Notes under the pieces: model-generated
The model's database searches: none
The model's input: the letters and a program-made list of their open reading frames with translations, nothing else
Told to the model about the DNA's origin: nothing
Position numbers and translations under genes: made by a program
Shown: positions 1 to 11,811 of the stretch, one piece after another
Position numbering within the stretch: position 1 is the first letter of the stretch
How the letters are laid out: the number at the start of each line of letters is the position of its first letter
DNA from: Squalus acanthias
Lineage: Eukaryota
Reading direction: 5' to 3'
DNA: 64,000 bases
NCBI GenBank assembly: GCA_030390025.1
Contig: CM059443.1
Location: forward strand, 66,588,001 to 66,652,000

Positions 1-44
1 CAGAGCCATACTTTGTCAAGTGTATTCGATCAAATGCAGAAAAG
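1..44 (+). CDS. myo9a: Myosin IXa exon (5'-partial), motor domain EPYFVKCIRSNAEK
   Basis: Myosin PxFVRCI-type motif; donor AAG|gtaact at 45; phase 0. Confidence 0.95.
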
Positions 45-91
45 GTAACTGACTTTTAGTATCTGTTGCTGTACTTGAAAATGTTTTTTTA

Positions 92-400
92 AATTCGTTT
101 ATGGGATGTGGGCGTCGCTGGCAAGGCCAGCATTTATTGCCCATCCCTAATTGCCCTTGAGAAGGTGGTGGTGAGCCGCCGCCTTGACCTGCTGCAGTCC
201 GTGTGGTGAAGGTGCTCCCACAGTGCTGTTAGGGAGGGAGTTCCAGGATTTTGACCCAGTGACGATGAAGGATTGGCGAAATACTTCCAAGTCAGGATGG
301 TGTGTGGCTTGGAGGGGAACTTGGAGGTGGTGGTGTTCCCATGCGCCTGCTGCCCTTGTCCTTCTAGGTGAAAGAGGTCGTGGGTTTGGGAGGTGCTGCA
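92..400 (-). mobile_element. 3' end of CR1-like LINE (tail type ...GCCAGCGACGCCCACATCCC)
   Basis: Minus ORF ends SFIVTGSKSWNSLP...AAHHHLLKGN, a LINE ORF2 C-terminus; near-identical copies at 35130-35310 and 58190-58600. Confidence 0.8.
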
Positions 401-464
401 ATTAATTGGTTGAGAAACCAGGGTCCATAGCGTAGGCTAAATTGCAAGAGTAGGCCAAGGAGAC

Positions 465-1915
465 AACAACAATTTGCATTTATATAATGCCTTTAAAGTC
501 CAAAGTCCATTCACAAAGGAGCAAACAGGGCTGGACGAGGTTATAGAGCTAGGGAGGTGCGAGGCTATGATGGGTTTTAAACAGGAGGATGAGAATTTAA
601 AATTTTGGGCGTTGGGCGCAGGATGCCAATGTTGGTCATTGAGGTCAGGGGTGGTGGTTGAATGGGGCTTGGTGCGGGATAGGATGCGGGAACAGAGTTT
701 TGGCATCAGCTGAAGTTTTGACAGTGGAGAAAGGGAGGCGGGCCATGAAAGCTTTGGAATAGTTAAGTTTACAGGTGACAAATGGGCAGAGGTGGGCAAC
801 GTTAGAGCTGGACGTAGGCCGTTTTTGTGATGGAGAGGAGATGGGGTCTGAAGCTCTGCTCAGCTCAGGGTCAATGCTGAGATTGTGAACAGTCTGTTTT
901 AGCCTTAGGCAATACCAGGGAGGGGGATGAAATGGTAGCGAAGTTATAAAGTTTGTGCTGGGGATTAAAGACGATACCTTCAGTCTTCCCAATGTTTAAC
1001 TAGAGTTAATTGCAGCTCATCCATGACTGGATATTAGACAAGTATTCTGACAATACAGAGGCAGTAGAGGGGTTGAGAGAAGTGGCGGCATAGTAGAGCT
1101 GGGTGTTGCTGAGGAAGATGTCGCTAGGGGACAGCATGTATATGAGGAAAAACAGGGGACCAAGGGTAGATCTTGGGGTGGACTCCAGAGATACTGTGCT
1201 GGGTCAGGAAGAGAAACCATTGTTGAAGATGCTACAATAGGATAAAGTAAGAGTGGAACTAAGCAAGGGCAACCCACTGTGTTGGACAACGGAGGAGAAG
1301 TGTTGGATGAGGATGGTGTGGTCAGCTGTGTAAAAGGCTGCAGAGAAGACAAGGAGGGATAATGCAACACAGTCAAGGTCACAGAGGATATCATTTATGA
1401 TTTTGGTTATCGTTTCTGTGCTGTGCCAGAGACAGAAACCTGATTGGAGAGATTCAAGTATGGATTTCAGAGAAGGATGAGCATGGATTTTGGGAGGTGA
1501 CAACACGTTCAAGGACTTTGGAGAGGGAAGGAAGTTGGAGATGGGAGCGGTAGTTTGTAAGGACAGAGGGGTCAAGGGTGAGATTTTTGAGGAGTGGTGC
1601 GATGTGGGCGGTTTTGAAATGGAGGGGGACAGTACCTGAGGAGAGGGAATCATGTCAGCTAGCGTGGGGGCCAGGAAGGGAAGATGGTTGGTCAGTGATT
1701 TAGTGTGAATGGGGGCAAGGGAGCAGGAGTGGGTCTCGAGGACAAGATGAGCACGGAGAGGGCATGAGGGGGAGACAGGAGGGAAACTCGAGAATGATGC
1801 AGGTTCAGCAGTGAGCCTGGGAGGAGGTTTGGCTTGGTGGGCAGAGGCAGCTGAACGGTTGGTCTCCGTCTTAGCGACTAAGAAGCTCGTGAGATCCTCA
1901 GATTTAAGACTCATG
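465..1915 (-). mobile_element. Degenerate L2-clade LINE (RT fragments)
   Basis: Minus ORF 1204-1914 has LESLQSGF..HSTET..KIINDIL..LLVFSAAF.T.DHTIL (L2 RT motifs) with frameshifts; L2-type tail TATATAAATGCAAATTGTTGTTG on the minus strand at about 465-490. Confidence 0.85.
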
Positions 1916-2523
1916 TCGGGTTCAAATTGGTAAAATATAAATAGTCAGGAAGTTCATCAGTGAAGGTAGAAACTCTAGAATTATTTAAAAAACAGTTGGA
2001 TGCCACAATGGGTGGGGTGCAGGGTCTTCCTCATCCGTATTTATCTTAAAATACCATGAAGACTGAATAGGGTAGGAGAAGAAGAGATAAATTTCAGCAG
2101 TTGTGGTTAGTTGACATCATGTTTGGATTTTTGTAGATTGTAAGGAGGTAAGCCTGATTGTCGTGGGAAAGAATCAGTGTTGGAGATAGTATGGTGAATC
2201 TTGATTTCAGTGGCGATGTCGGGAAGAGGAGGAGCACGCGCAACAGTGCATTTGCTTCATGGGAGGAATAAGAGAGGAAAGTTCAGAGGAACAATTGCCA
2301 TAGAAGTTAGCAATGAAATGGTGGTGGGGTGCAGGGTTGAAGGGAAGATATAGAGTTTATGTTTATGTTTAGAAGTGAGAGAGAGGTCACCTGTCAAATG
2401 ACAAGTGTTTTTCTTGTATTCTCTCCAGGAGTGTGCTTCATACAATTTGTCCTGTGTGAATTGCTACGTTGAGAACATTGCTCCTTGCAAATCTCTCTGA
2501 CCTTTCTTTTGTCAACATTGCAG

Positions 2524-2634
2524 CTTCCATTGCGCTTCAATGATCACCTGGTCCTGAGACAGCTGCGGTACACAGGCATGCTGGAAACGGTCAGGATACG
2601 ACAATCGGGCTACAGTATTAAGTACACCTTCCAG
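2524..2634 (+). CDS. myo9a: Myosin IXa exon, motor [37 protein letters not shown]
   Basis: ttgcag| and CAG|gtgaga; 111 nt, phase 0-0; SH1/SH2-helix motif [14 protein letters not shown]. Confidence 0.97.
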
Positions 2635-3697
2635 GTGAGAACCTCTGGTTACTTGGGGGCATGGGATTTTCAATGCACTGCTCAGTTCTGCTTTGATTTA
2701 GACTTATGGATGGTATCAATTTAAAAAGTGCAATATAAACATTGTAGGTCAATCGATTTTAATTTGAACTGAATTAACAATAATTGAGGCATGTGCTGAA
2801 AGGTCAAACATAGTTGAATTTGGCCCGGTTTAAGGGGGTTAATTTCTATCCAGACTTGAATTGGGTGGTTTACATTTTTAAAACTTTTTAACCAATGCAA
2901 ACTTGCATCTGATGATTAAAAAATGCAGAACTGAGTTGAGTTTTTGTCAGCATTAACACCTGTGGCTGCATACTTTCGAGTTTGATGGGCTGGGGTCAGT
3001 TCAGGGCAGACTGCCCAAAAATCCTAACCCAAATACGGTTGGCTCACTCCTGCCACCTTACCTTTTGTGGAGTGATTTAAAAAAAAAATGTTCTCGGGTT
3101 TTTCTCGTCTCTCCTGAAGGTGCTAACTCGTGCTGGGCTACATGTGTGTTGGCACCCTCTGGTACCACTCCAAAGTGGCCAATCTTCTCACAAAAACCCA
3201 GGCAGTGAGTGTCATCACACTGTTTGACTGTTGGTAATTCCATGATCAGGCAGTCCTCACTCAACATCCACATGCATGTTTCTAGCAGGATTCCTGGTTA
3301 GTGATCAGGAGTGGGGACCCTGGCTGAATTTTCTGTTCTCGCTCTCCTCCCTCGCCCTGCGGCACTAAGGCTCATTGTTGTGTACCAACTGCTCCCTTTG
3401 CTGAGATCAACTCATTCAGCATAGGCCGGGTTTGGAACCTGGGACCATCCTAGAGTGTATTTGTTTTGGTACTACATCTGATGATGATGTATTTTCCCAA
3501 TACTCCATAGGGGAGTGCATCCTGGTTGATTTGGAATGCAATCCTTATCTGATCTGTCCTCCCAGTTATTACAGGGTAATGCCTTCTTAGCGGTGGGATG
3601 CTTTATTTAAAGCACACTGGTGTCCAGCTGATGCGCTCGCTGCATCAATACAACTGAAGTGAAATGCATTTTGTAATGTTTCCGTATCATTTTTCAG

Positions 3698-3820
3698 GAA
3701 TTTGTGGCTCATTTCCATGTGCTTTTGCCACAAGGCACCGTCTCTTCTCAGTGCAGTATCAGGGAGTTTGTGAAAAATGTGAACCTCAATACAACCAGTT
3801 ATCAAGTAGGCGAAACAATG
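3698..3820 (+). CDS. myo9a: Myosin IXa exon, converter EFVAHFHVLLP...YQVGETM
   Basis: ttttcag| and ATG|gtaagt; 123 nt, phase 0-0. Confidence 0.95.
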
Positions 3821-4683
3821 GTAAGTTACAGTTTTACTTTCTGAAACAGCCAAAGCCCATGCTCATTCGAATCTGACATGCACAGAGAATAAAAGCTGCT
3901 ATGGAAATTCATATCAGTTGAAAAACATAAGGTGCACATCTGTGCCCTACTGTGTAGGGCTTACGGAAAGATCATATTGATTAGATTATGAAATTTCTTT
4001 TACAATCTTGATCTGTTTCATGTAACCTCTGCAAAAATGATGTTACTTTAAATTGCACTGAGGATTCTAAGAATATATATGGAAGGTCTTAAAAAAAAAT
4101 CCCTTCTCTTTTGGGTTTCTGAAGGCATTAATTCATGCTGGGCATGACAAAACCAGCTGCTTTCCTACACCAGTTTTAATTTTTGAGCCTGGATCGTGGC
4201 TGTTGGTAGGAGTTTGTACATTTGGGGCATTGCCCTTGAGTGTGATGCTGTCCCCACCCAATGTCCACACACACACATTCCAGCAGGGGTCACTGGATAG
4301 TGCGCAGGAGCCCTGGTCGAGATTTTTTCCCCCCTAAAAATTCCCATCTTTATTTACAATCCCCCATTGCCTTACCCCAGTTTACCTTGGCCTCTATCGC
4401 CAGCCCTCTGCCATGCTGCATCTCTCCCAACATTAAGAGTCTTTGACTATGCTTTAGTTCCCCTCCGCTGACTATTTTTTCCACTTCTGTTCGCTGTCCC
4501 CGTTCAAACCATTTTGTCCCCTTCTCTCTCACGGATGTTTTGCTACATTAAAGGCGCTGTGTGAGGGGAATCTGTTGTAATCTTTCACTTGACCGATGCC
4601 CTAGTGTAGTTACTTGTTCATACCTCTCTCTCTCTCTGTTACAAGCATCATTTACTGTTGCATTTGTGCCTGGTTCCCCATAG

Positions 4684-4833
4684 ATATTCATGAAGGAGAG
4701 TGAGCGTCAAAGACTGCAGGACATGCTGCACAAGGAGGTGCTGAGACGAATCATTTTGCTTCAGAGCTGGTTTCGTGCCGTGCTCGAGCGACGGCAGTTT
4801 CTCCAGATGAAGCGGGCAGCAGTTATAATACAG
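4684..4833 (+). CDS. myo9a: Myosin IXa exon, end of motor and first IQ motifs
   Basis: ccatag| and CAG|gtttgt; 150 nt; [31 protein letters not shown]. Confidence 0.95.
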
Positions 4834-5352
4834 GTTTGTACAGAACTGAAAGCTGCTGCGGTTCAGTTTTAAGCTAGGGGAACCCGTACACAAATCTAAC
4901 ACCAATCTTGGGAGGAAGCTTCTCTGAAGGCTACCAATAATAAATAGCCCTGAACTGCATAAGTTTCAGGAGTCCAAACTACAGCCTGTGTGCCAGATGC
5001 CGCTTGGGTAACTCGGTTCTGTTTGTGCTGTTATTTCTTACTCGCTGGTTTACCCTGCTGGTGTTTTGTGTGTCTGGAGGATTGATGAGAGCTGTTTTTA
5101 GGGTGGCTGCCCCATTACTGGAATTGCCAATTCAGTGCCAGGTTTACTGTGGGCTCTCGCTCACTAGAAACTGGGCTGAGACTGCCCAAACCGATATCAC
5201 ATGGGTCCAAATCCAGTTTGTGAAGAGTCCCAAGTCCCAGAGATGAAAGCCCAGTGATTAATCCATTGTGCCAACACGTTCCTTCTGACTGGTTATTCCA
5301 TGGGTCATGTTTTTTTAAAATCACATCATGAATTTTTTTTACATTTCTTCGA

Positions 5353-5690
5353 ATCATAGAAGTTTACGGCACAGAAGGAGGTCATTCAGCCCATCGTGTC
5401 CGTGCCGGCTGAAAAAGAGCTCTCCAGCCTAATCCCACTTTCCAGCTCTTGGTCCGTAGCCCTGTAGGTTACGGCACTTCAAGTGCATATCCAAGTACTT
5501 TTTAAATGCAGTGAGGGTTTCTGCCTCTACCACCTTTTCAGGCAGTGAGTCCCAGACCCCCACCACCCTCTGGGTGAAATAAGTTCTCCTCAAATACCCT
5601 CTAAACTTCTGACCAATTACTTTAAATCTATACCCCTAGTTATTGACCTCTCTGCTAAGGGAAATAGGTCCTTCCTATCCACTCTATCTA
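5353..5690 (-). mobile_element. CR1 (HER1-like) LINE 3' fragment
   Basis: Minus strand encodes DRVDRKDLFPLAE and ends ...CCTTCTGTGCCGTAAACTTCTATGATTC, the same tail as the long CR1 at 20366. Confidence 0.85.
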
Positions 5691-5817
5691 TGTTTTTAGA
5701 GATTATTTTGGGTACCCTTGTATAACCAACAGTTTGTGTTTCACTGATTTTCATGGCAGCAGTTACAGAAATCAGATATTCTAAATATAATTTTTTCTCT
5801 TCCATTTTACTTTGCAG

Positions 5818-6122
5818 AATTATTGGCAAAACTACAAAATGAAGCAGAGCCTCATTTGCACAGACCCCAGTGTCCTGAATGCAGCAGCAACCAGCATTCA
5901 GGCCACATGGAAAGGCTACAGACAGAGAAAGATGTTCTTGCAAATGCATGATGCAGCAATTGTCATACAGAGGTGCTGGCGTGATTACCGCAGACGCAGG
6001 CTGGCAGCGCTGTGCATTCAGACATACTGGCGACGGTACAAGGAGATGCAAACGTACAAAGCATTTAGGGACAGCATCATAAAGATTCAAGCAGCAAACA
6101 GAGGATTCGTAGTGCGCCGCAG
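5818..6122 (+). CDS. myo9a: Myosin IXa exon, IQ neck (IQATWKGY, IQRCWRDY, IQTYWRRY, IQAANRGF)
   Basis: tttgcag| and AG|gtaact; 305 nt, phase 0-2. Confidence 0.96.
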
Positions 6123-6518
6123 GTAACTGTTGTACAGAACTGGGTTTGTCCCCTGATTTGGCTTCCCTAGATTTGGATGGGATGTGTGGCCAGCCACAGA
6201 TACAGTCACTGTTATCTTGTATTTAGCATTAAAGAACTGATGTTCAGGTTAGAGTTGCTGGAAAGCAATCATTCACCTCACACCCCCTCCCCAACTCGGG
6301 TGCTGAGGTCATTGTAGCATCTCTGCAACCTCAGCTGTGGCAGCACATTCAACACAAACTTTGGATTGAACGTGAAACCTTCGAGTCTGAATGGGTGGTA
6401 TATTTATCCACCGAGCCATTAGATCACGTTATTGATCTTTCAGTGAATCAGAACAATTCACATAGATAGATTGCAGTCCCTTCAATGCTCAGAATTGAAT
6501 TCCTACCTTTCATTTCAG

Positions 6519-8222
6519 GTTTCAAGCATTGAGAAGGCAGAAACTCAAACAACAGAAAAAACAACTGGATGATGATGAAGAAAAAGGGACCTTGAACGAA
6601 AACCTTCCTGAAATCACCAGGACTGATCTAAACAAATTAGAAGACATACTAAATGAGAGCCACACTTCAAAGGAAAATGATAGTCAGCAAATCCATCCTG
6701 AATGTAACGATACCTCTGTAGATTTGCAGGGTGGAACTTCTGACTTTGCCAATAGTACGAGTGCACTGCAGGGTGTGATGGTGAGGGAAAGACCGAAGTC
6801 CCTCTCTGGAGACCCTGACAAACAGAAAGTGGTGCGTGCCAAGAGACACAGTCGGAGAATGCGAGAATTGGAGCAGGCCATATTCAGCCTTGAACTGCTG
6901 AAGGTGCGATCAGGAGGAGTGTCTCCCTCAGAGGAAGGGCGCTGGTCCGCTGAGCTGGTATCTGATAGCGTGAACTCCTTGTCTCCTCAGGGAACACCAG
7001 ACAGCGAGAGCTCAAGGGGTAGTTTTGAGGTACCCAGCTGTGATGACGGACAGAAGAGAAAACAGTCTTTAACTGTTTCTGATGAACTAGTCTCTGATTC
7101 CAGCCAACATACTGCTCAGGATAATCTTTCAACAAGTCCCAAGCTAAATGATCATATGTCCACTAGCCTGAAACTTAATGAAAAGAACCTGTCTTCCAGT
7201 CCTTCTCATACAAACACTAATTACCGTAGTCTTATTTCCACAAGTCCGGGACCAGCCAATAATGAGTCCAATTTTCAGAGATCAAATTCTGAAGATCGAT
7301 CTCCTAGTCCTAGACCAATAGACAGTCTGTCTTCTGGTCCTAAACCGGATTGCAGTCTCTCTAGCCTAATGCCAAATCATGACAGTCTGTCCAGTAGCTC
7401 TAAGCCAAATGACACTACAATTGAAGACACTATTGCTGGACCCAAAACAGACAGAGCAGAAGCGGACAAAGCCTCGCTCATTCAGCCACTCGATGGTGAA
7501 TTTTCTCAAAATGAACTACCGAGCTTAGTGGATGATGCAGGCACAGACCCGTTCCCTCGTACTGCAATTCTGGAAAAACTTGAACAGTTAAATGTACAGC
7601 AGGCAGAGAGACAAAAGCAGAAACGGCAGCAGAACGAGAAGGAGATGATGGAACAGATAAGGCAGCAGACTGAAATCCTGGAGAAACAACGTAAAGTCTT
7701 TGAAAAGCAAGAGAAGGACATGTTTGAGAGGCAGCGAGGGGAAGCACTGCAAAAGATAGAGCAGAGCAGACAGAATGATTCCCCTCCGGTTCCTTTCAGA
7801 TCGCCAAACAAGCAAGCAGACAGGCCTCAGTCTTATCTTGTCTTGCACCCAGACAGAAAATGGGATCCAAGTATCAATTCAGATTCTCTTTCAATATCAA
7901 ACATTGAGTCTAAAATGTTGAGCACTCCAGAATCTTCTGAAAATGTCTATACTTCAAGTCGCTCTGGAGTGAAAGATAGACCGATCAGCATGTTTTTTGA
8001 AAAGAAGGAGCTGCAACCAAGTGGCCAACAGGAAATCAATAAGCTAGATGGCTGGACTCCTAAACTCAGCTTGGAGTCCCGTGAACCTGTCCCTGGTGCA
8101 GAGCGACCACGACAGGCTAAACCTCAGAAAGGAACTGCAAGCACAAGAGAAGAGTCCACAGATGGCACTGCCAAGGACAGGGCCAATGTCTTGTTCTTTT
8201 TGCCCAAAGACAAACTAAGCAA
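6519..8222 (+). CDS. myo9a: Myosin IXa large tail exon (1,704 nt; low complexity plus coiled coil)
   Basis: catttcag| and AA|gtaagt; phase 2-2; SRRMRELEQAIFSLELLKVR and ENEKEMMEQIRQQT-like blocks recalled from MYO9A. Confidence 0.96.
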
Positions 8223-9559
8223 GTAAGTCGTTTTCCTTTAATATTCAGGTTATCCAAGTTAACAGCCAAGCAATGGTGTTGGTGTATTAATACACAGCGC
8301 CACTGGAATGATAGGGCACCGATTTGTCACCAATGACTACTTGAGGGTTTGGCTGTGCGGCAAAGCTTCCCCAGAGAGCGATGAAGAAACTCGCTTTGGA
8401 GCAGGCCATCTGTTGATCAAGAGCTGGTGTGGAATGGGGTGAACCTACAAATGCAGGAAAAATAATTTACAAATGGCTCAGGACAGAGTACTGTACAAAA
8501 TGCAGGCGTTCTTTAAAGGCATTGGAGGTCTCACACCCAGGTTGATTGTGTTCTTTTTACAATATTGAAAAACTTGGGTGAAAGGCCTAGGCCCATAGTG
8601 CAGGACAACACCAAGGTTGAAAATCGGAGGGAAGATTAAATAAATCAGTGACACGAAGTTTGGGTTTTTGAAGCCTGTAGGTGGTAGAAGGCAGGTAAGG
8701 AGTTCAACAATTTTGAGGTCCTGGGAAAAATGCATCAACGTAAGATAGAATGCGACGAGTCTCTGTTCCACCACATCGAGGATGCAGGATGGAATCTGCA
8801 CGGCATTAATTCAATTATATGGCTTCAAAAGAGTTTGCAAGTAATTTTATATTCAGACTTGATGGTAGAGAACAAGTGTGTTGCAGCCCTTTTACATCTT
8901 TCTTATTTTTTATACTTGCATTCGTTGGTCTGTATCAGAACAATTTGTTTTGGAATATTTTGGTAGATTTATTTTCTGGATTTGTGTTTGCATTTATCAG
9001 TGTAAAGTATTTTCAAATATGCAAAAAGAAAAGTGAGGAAAGGCCATGAGGCCTACACATGCTGATCCTATCCATTCGGCGGTGCAGCCTTGTGCACCAT
9101 CCTCCCCAACCACGAGTAAAGCTACTTTCTGGGGTAGCAAAAACAATGGACTAATTTCAGGAAACACTCTGGGAGATTCCTCCCTGACTCCCTAATGCAA
9201 CCAAGCAATTTCCAGGCCATTATTACCCATCGCACGTCGCTACGGTGTAACTATTTGTGTTCGTGTGACACTATATGTGTGACGCTGTGTCCATGTGACA
9301 CTTTGTCCAAAATGGTGTTTAATAAAGATGGAACTGATGTAAATTTAACTCCATGTCGATCAAGTAATTAAATTTGTTAACTCCCAAAATGATAACCCGC
9401 AATTTATAATATTAATTGAAGCTTGAAATCGATGTCTTGGGCAGTCTCTTGGACGTGAGCCCACAAAATTTCTGCTAATTTGTCAATAAATTTTCAGACT
9501 CAGTCAGAAAGGCTACAAGATAGTTATCGTGAGAAATGGGAAAATGGTGAGCGTAGCTT

Positions 9560-9960
9560 GCTCTTCTGATGGGGGGACTTACGCACATTGGGACAGTGTA
9601 GAAGGAGTTTTGCATCTAACTGTCCTCTGCCTGACCTGAGAGTGTTTGATGGTGCAGTGTAGAGGGAGCTTTACTCTAAACTACGCCCTCTTCTCCACGC
9701 CCCCCCACCCACCCCCCCGACATTCTGGTTTCTTGTGCACTTGTGTATCCGCCCTCCTTTCGCACTATACTATACCATACTGTACTTGACCTTGAAGTGC
9801 TTTACTTTGTGTCCAGCTTGCTCTGTATCTGACCTGGGAATGTTTGATGCGTCAGTGTAGAGATAGCTTTACTTTGCTGGGACGTGACGGTGCTTAATGC
9901 TGTCACTGTGTGCCTGAAATGGAAAGTGTGTCATTCCTCAGGGTGACGAGCATAAAATTC
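9560..9960 (+). repeat. Degenerate ~65-bp unit repeats (CAGTGTAGAGGGAGCTTTACT...GACCTGGGAGTGTTTGAT)
   Basis: Unit cores recur at about 9590, 9655 and 9850, with a partial at about 9780; related segments at 26750-26830 and 32400-32475. Confidence 0.6.
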
Positions 9961-10164
9961 ACTCTTTTAATATAAATCCTTTTTAAACATTTTATACTGC
10001 CTGTATATGACTGCTTAATAGCCAATATTCTTATAAACACAGGACAGTAAACAACCGATATTGTGTTACCACATTGAGTGGATTTTTATGCTTCCATGTT
10101 GGTTATCTGGTGCAATGTCGCACCTAGCAGGGAAAGTCGATAGTTACATGCACAGTCAGAGGTA

Positions 10165-10520
10165 CAGAATTGCAGTCCTATAGAATTACAGAGAAAGGGA
10201 GAGATGCACGCAGCACAAGTGTGGAGCTGCAGTCTTGCAGAATTAGAGAAAGGGAGAGACGTGAGCAGGACTGTGGGACTGGATTCTTGCAGAATTGGAG
10301 AAACTGATAGAGGCAGGGAGTGCATGTAAAGCTGGAGCCTAAACAGAAATGAAGAAAGACAGAGAGATGCAGAGAGAGAATGGAGTGGAACTGGAGTCTA
10401 ACAGAATTAGAGATATAGAAAGAGAGAAGGGGGTATGGAGTGGAATTGTGCAGAATTAGGAAAACAGAGTGACACACAGAGGATGAGTGTGGAACTGGAA
10501 TCACAGAACTAGAGCAGTGC
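10165..10520 (+). repeat. Degenerate purine-rich minisatellite, ~54-bp unit, ~7 copies
   Basis: CAGAATT/TAGAATT/CAGAAAT anchors at about 10181, 10238, 10290, 10344, 10402, 10451 and 10504. Confidence 0.7.
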
Positions 10521-11451
10521 TGATAGTGTCCAGCTCTCGATTTAAAAAGCACTGTATCCGGAGTGTTTATCATCATGGAGTCTGTTGATAGCTAATCAGA
10601 GTTTTGAGACTACATAAAGTTTCAGAGGCTTTGCTTTATTCAAATTTAAACAGATTGCATTTCTGAAATGGTACATTAAGGATTTTTGCCCTTTCGTGGT
10701 TCCCTGTTACCTCTTGCGAGTGGCAATTGTCAATATCATAGTACTATTTTCTAATAGCTCATTGATGTCGAAAGTGACTGAGAGAGAATGCTGGCAGTTT
10801 AATTACGGCAGCTAGGTTATCTTGAGGGCGGGTTGCAGTGCCAGGGATATATTGATGGTCCTGGACATTCAGGCTGGTCAGACCTCAACTAACAGAAAGC
10901 AGCCTGGTATATGCACGATTAACTAGAGACTGTCCGTCCCCTGTTAATATTTTTCTTCAAAGTTTTGTGGCTTCTGAGCTGCTGACTCATACTTTCACCT
11001 GCTTGTGGAAACAAATTTACAGGATTCAATATATGGCGTAAATTGTTAAGTGGAAGTTGTTGTAAGAGTGCTGGTTAATGAACTCTTTACAGCACAAAGG
11101 AGGTGAGAGTGTAATTTAACAGCTATTTATCAAAACAAAATGACCAGTGGTCAGAGGTACTTAACTCCATGTTCCCAATGCCTTTGTGGGTCTATATGAG
11201 CTGTTGGCTAAGCAGTTACTCGACATGGGGGGACATCTTGTGAAGCAATTCTCAAAGTGGAGGTGAGTGATATCCTGGAGTTACCTTTTCGAGTTAGTGA
11301 AACCTTGTTCTCCTATTCTCTCAGTTCCAAGGGTGCAGGCAGCCCTCTGATAGCATGTCTAAGTGGCCATTCTTCATGTGAGCCTTGATAGTGAGTGTTG
11401 GCAGGCTTTTCAACCGTGGCAGCTTCACAACCAAGCTTGATCATGTTCTTG

Positions 11452-11810
11452 TCCAACGCATTTATACAGCACCTTTCACAACGTCAGGATGTCCCAAAGC
11501 GCTTCACAGCCAATGAAGTACTTCTGAAGTATAGTCACTGTTGTAATGCAGGGAACTGTGGCAGAAAGGTTCCACCACCAGCAAATGAGATAAAAGATCA
11601 GATAATCTGTTGTTACTGATATTGATGAGGGATAATTGTTGGCCAGGACAGCGGGAGAACTCCCCTGCTGTTCTTCGATTAGTGCTTTGGGATCTTTTTC
11701 ATCCACTTTACAGGACAGACGGGGCTTTGGTTTAACTTCCCTTCCGAAAGACGGCACCTCCGACAGTGCAGCACTCCTTCAGTGCCGCACTGAAATGCCA
11801 CTCTAGATTA
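11452..11810 (-). mobile_element. Deu-domain SINE (SacSINE1/AmnSINE1-like) with L2-type tail
   Basis: Reverse complement matches 56045-56415. Further copies at about 18870-19035(-), 23815-24245(-), 35750-35930(+), 36345-36545(+), 37930-38125(+) and 61185-61475(-). Family name from memory. Confidence 0.75.
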
Positions 11811-11811
11811 T

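Noticed and set aside
6667-7848. Minus-strand ORFs overlapping the large exon
   Set aside because: Antisense shadows of myo9a coding sequence.
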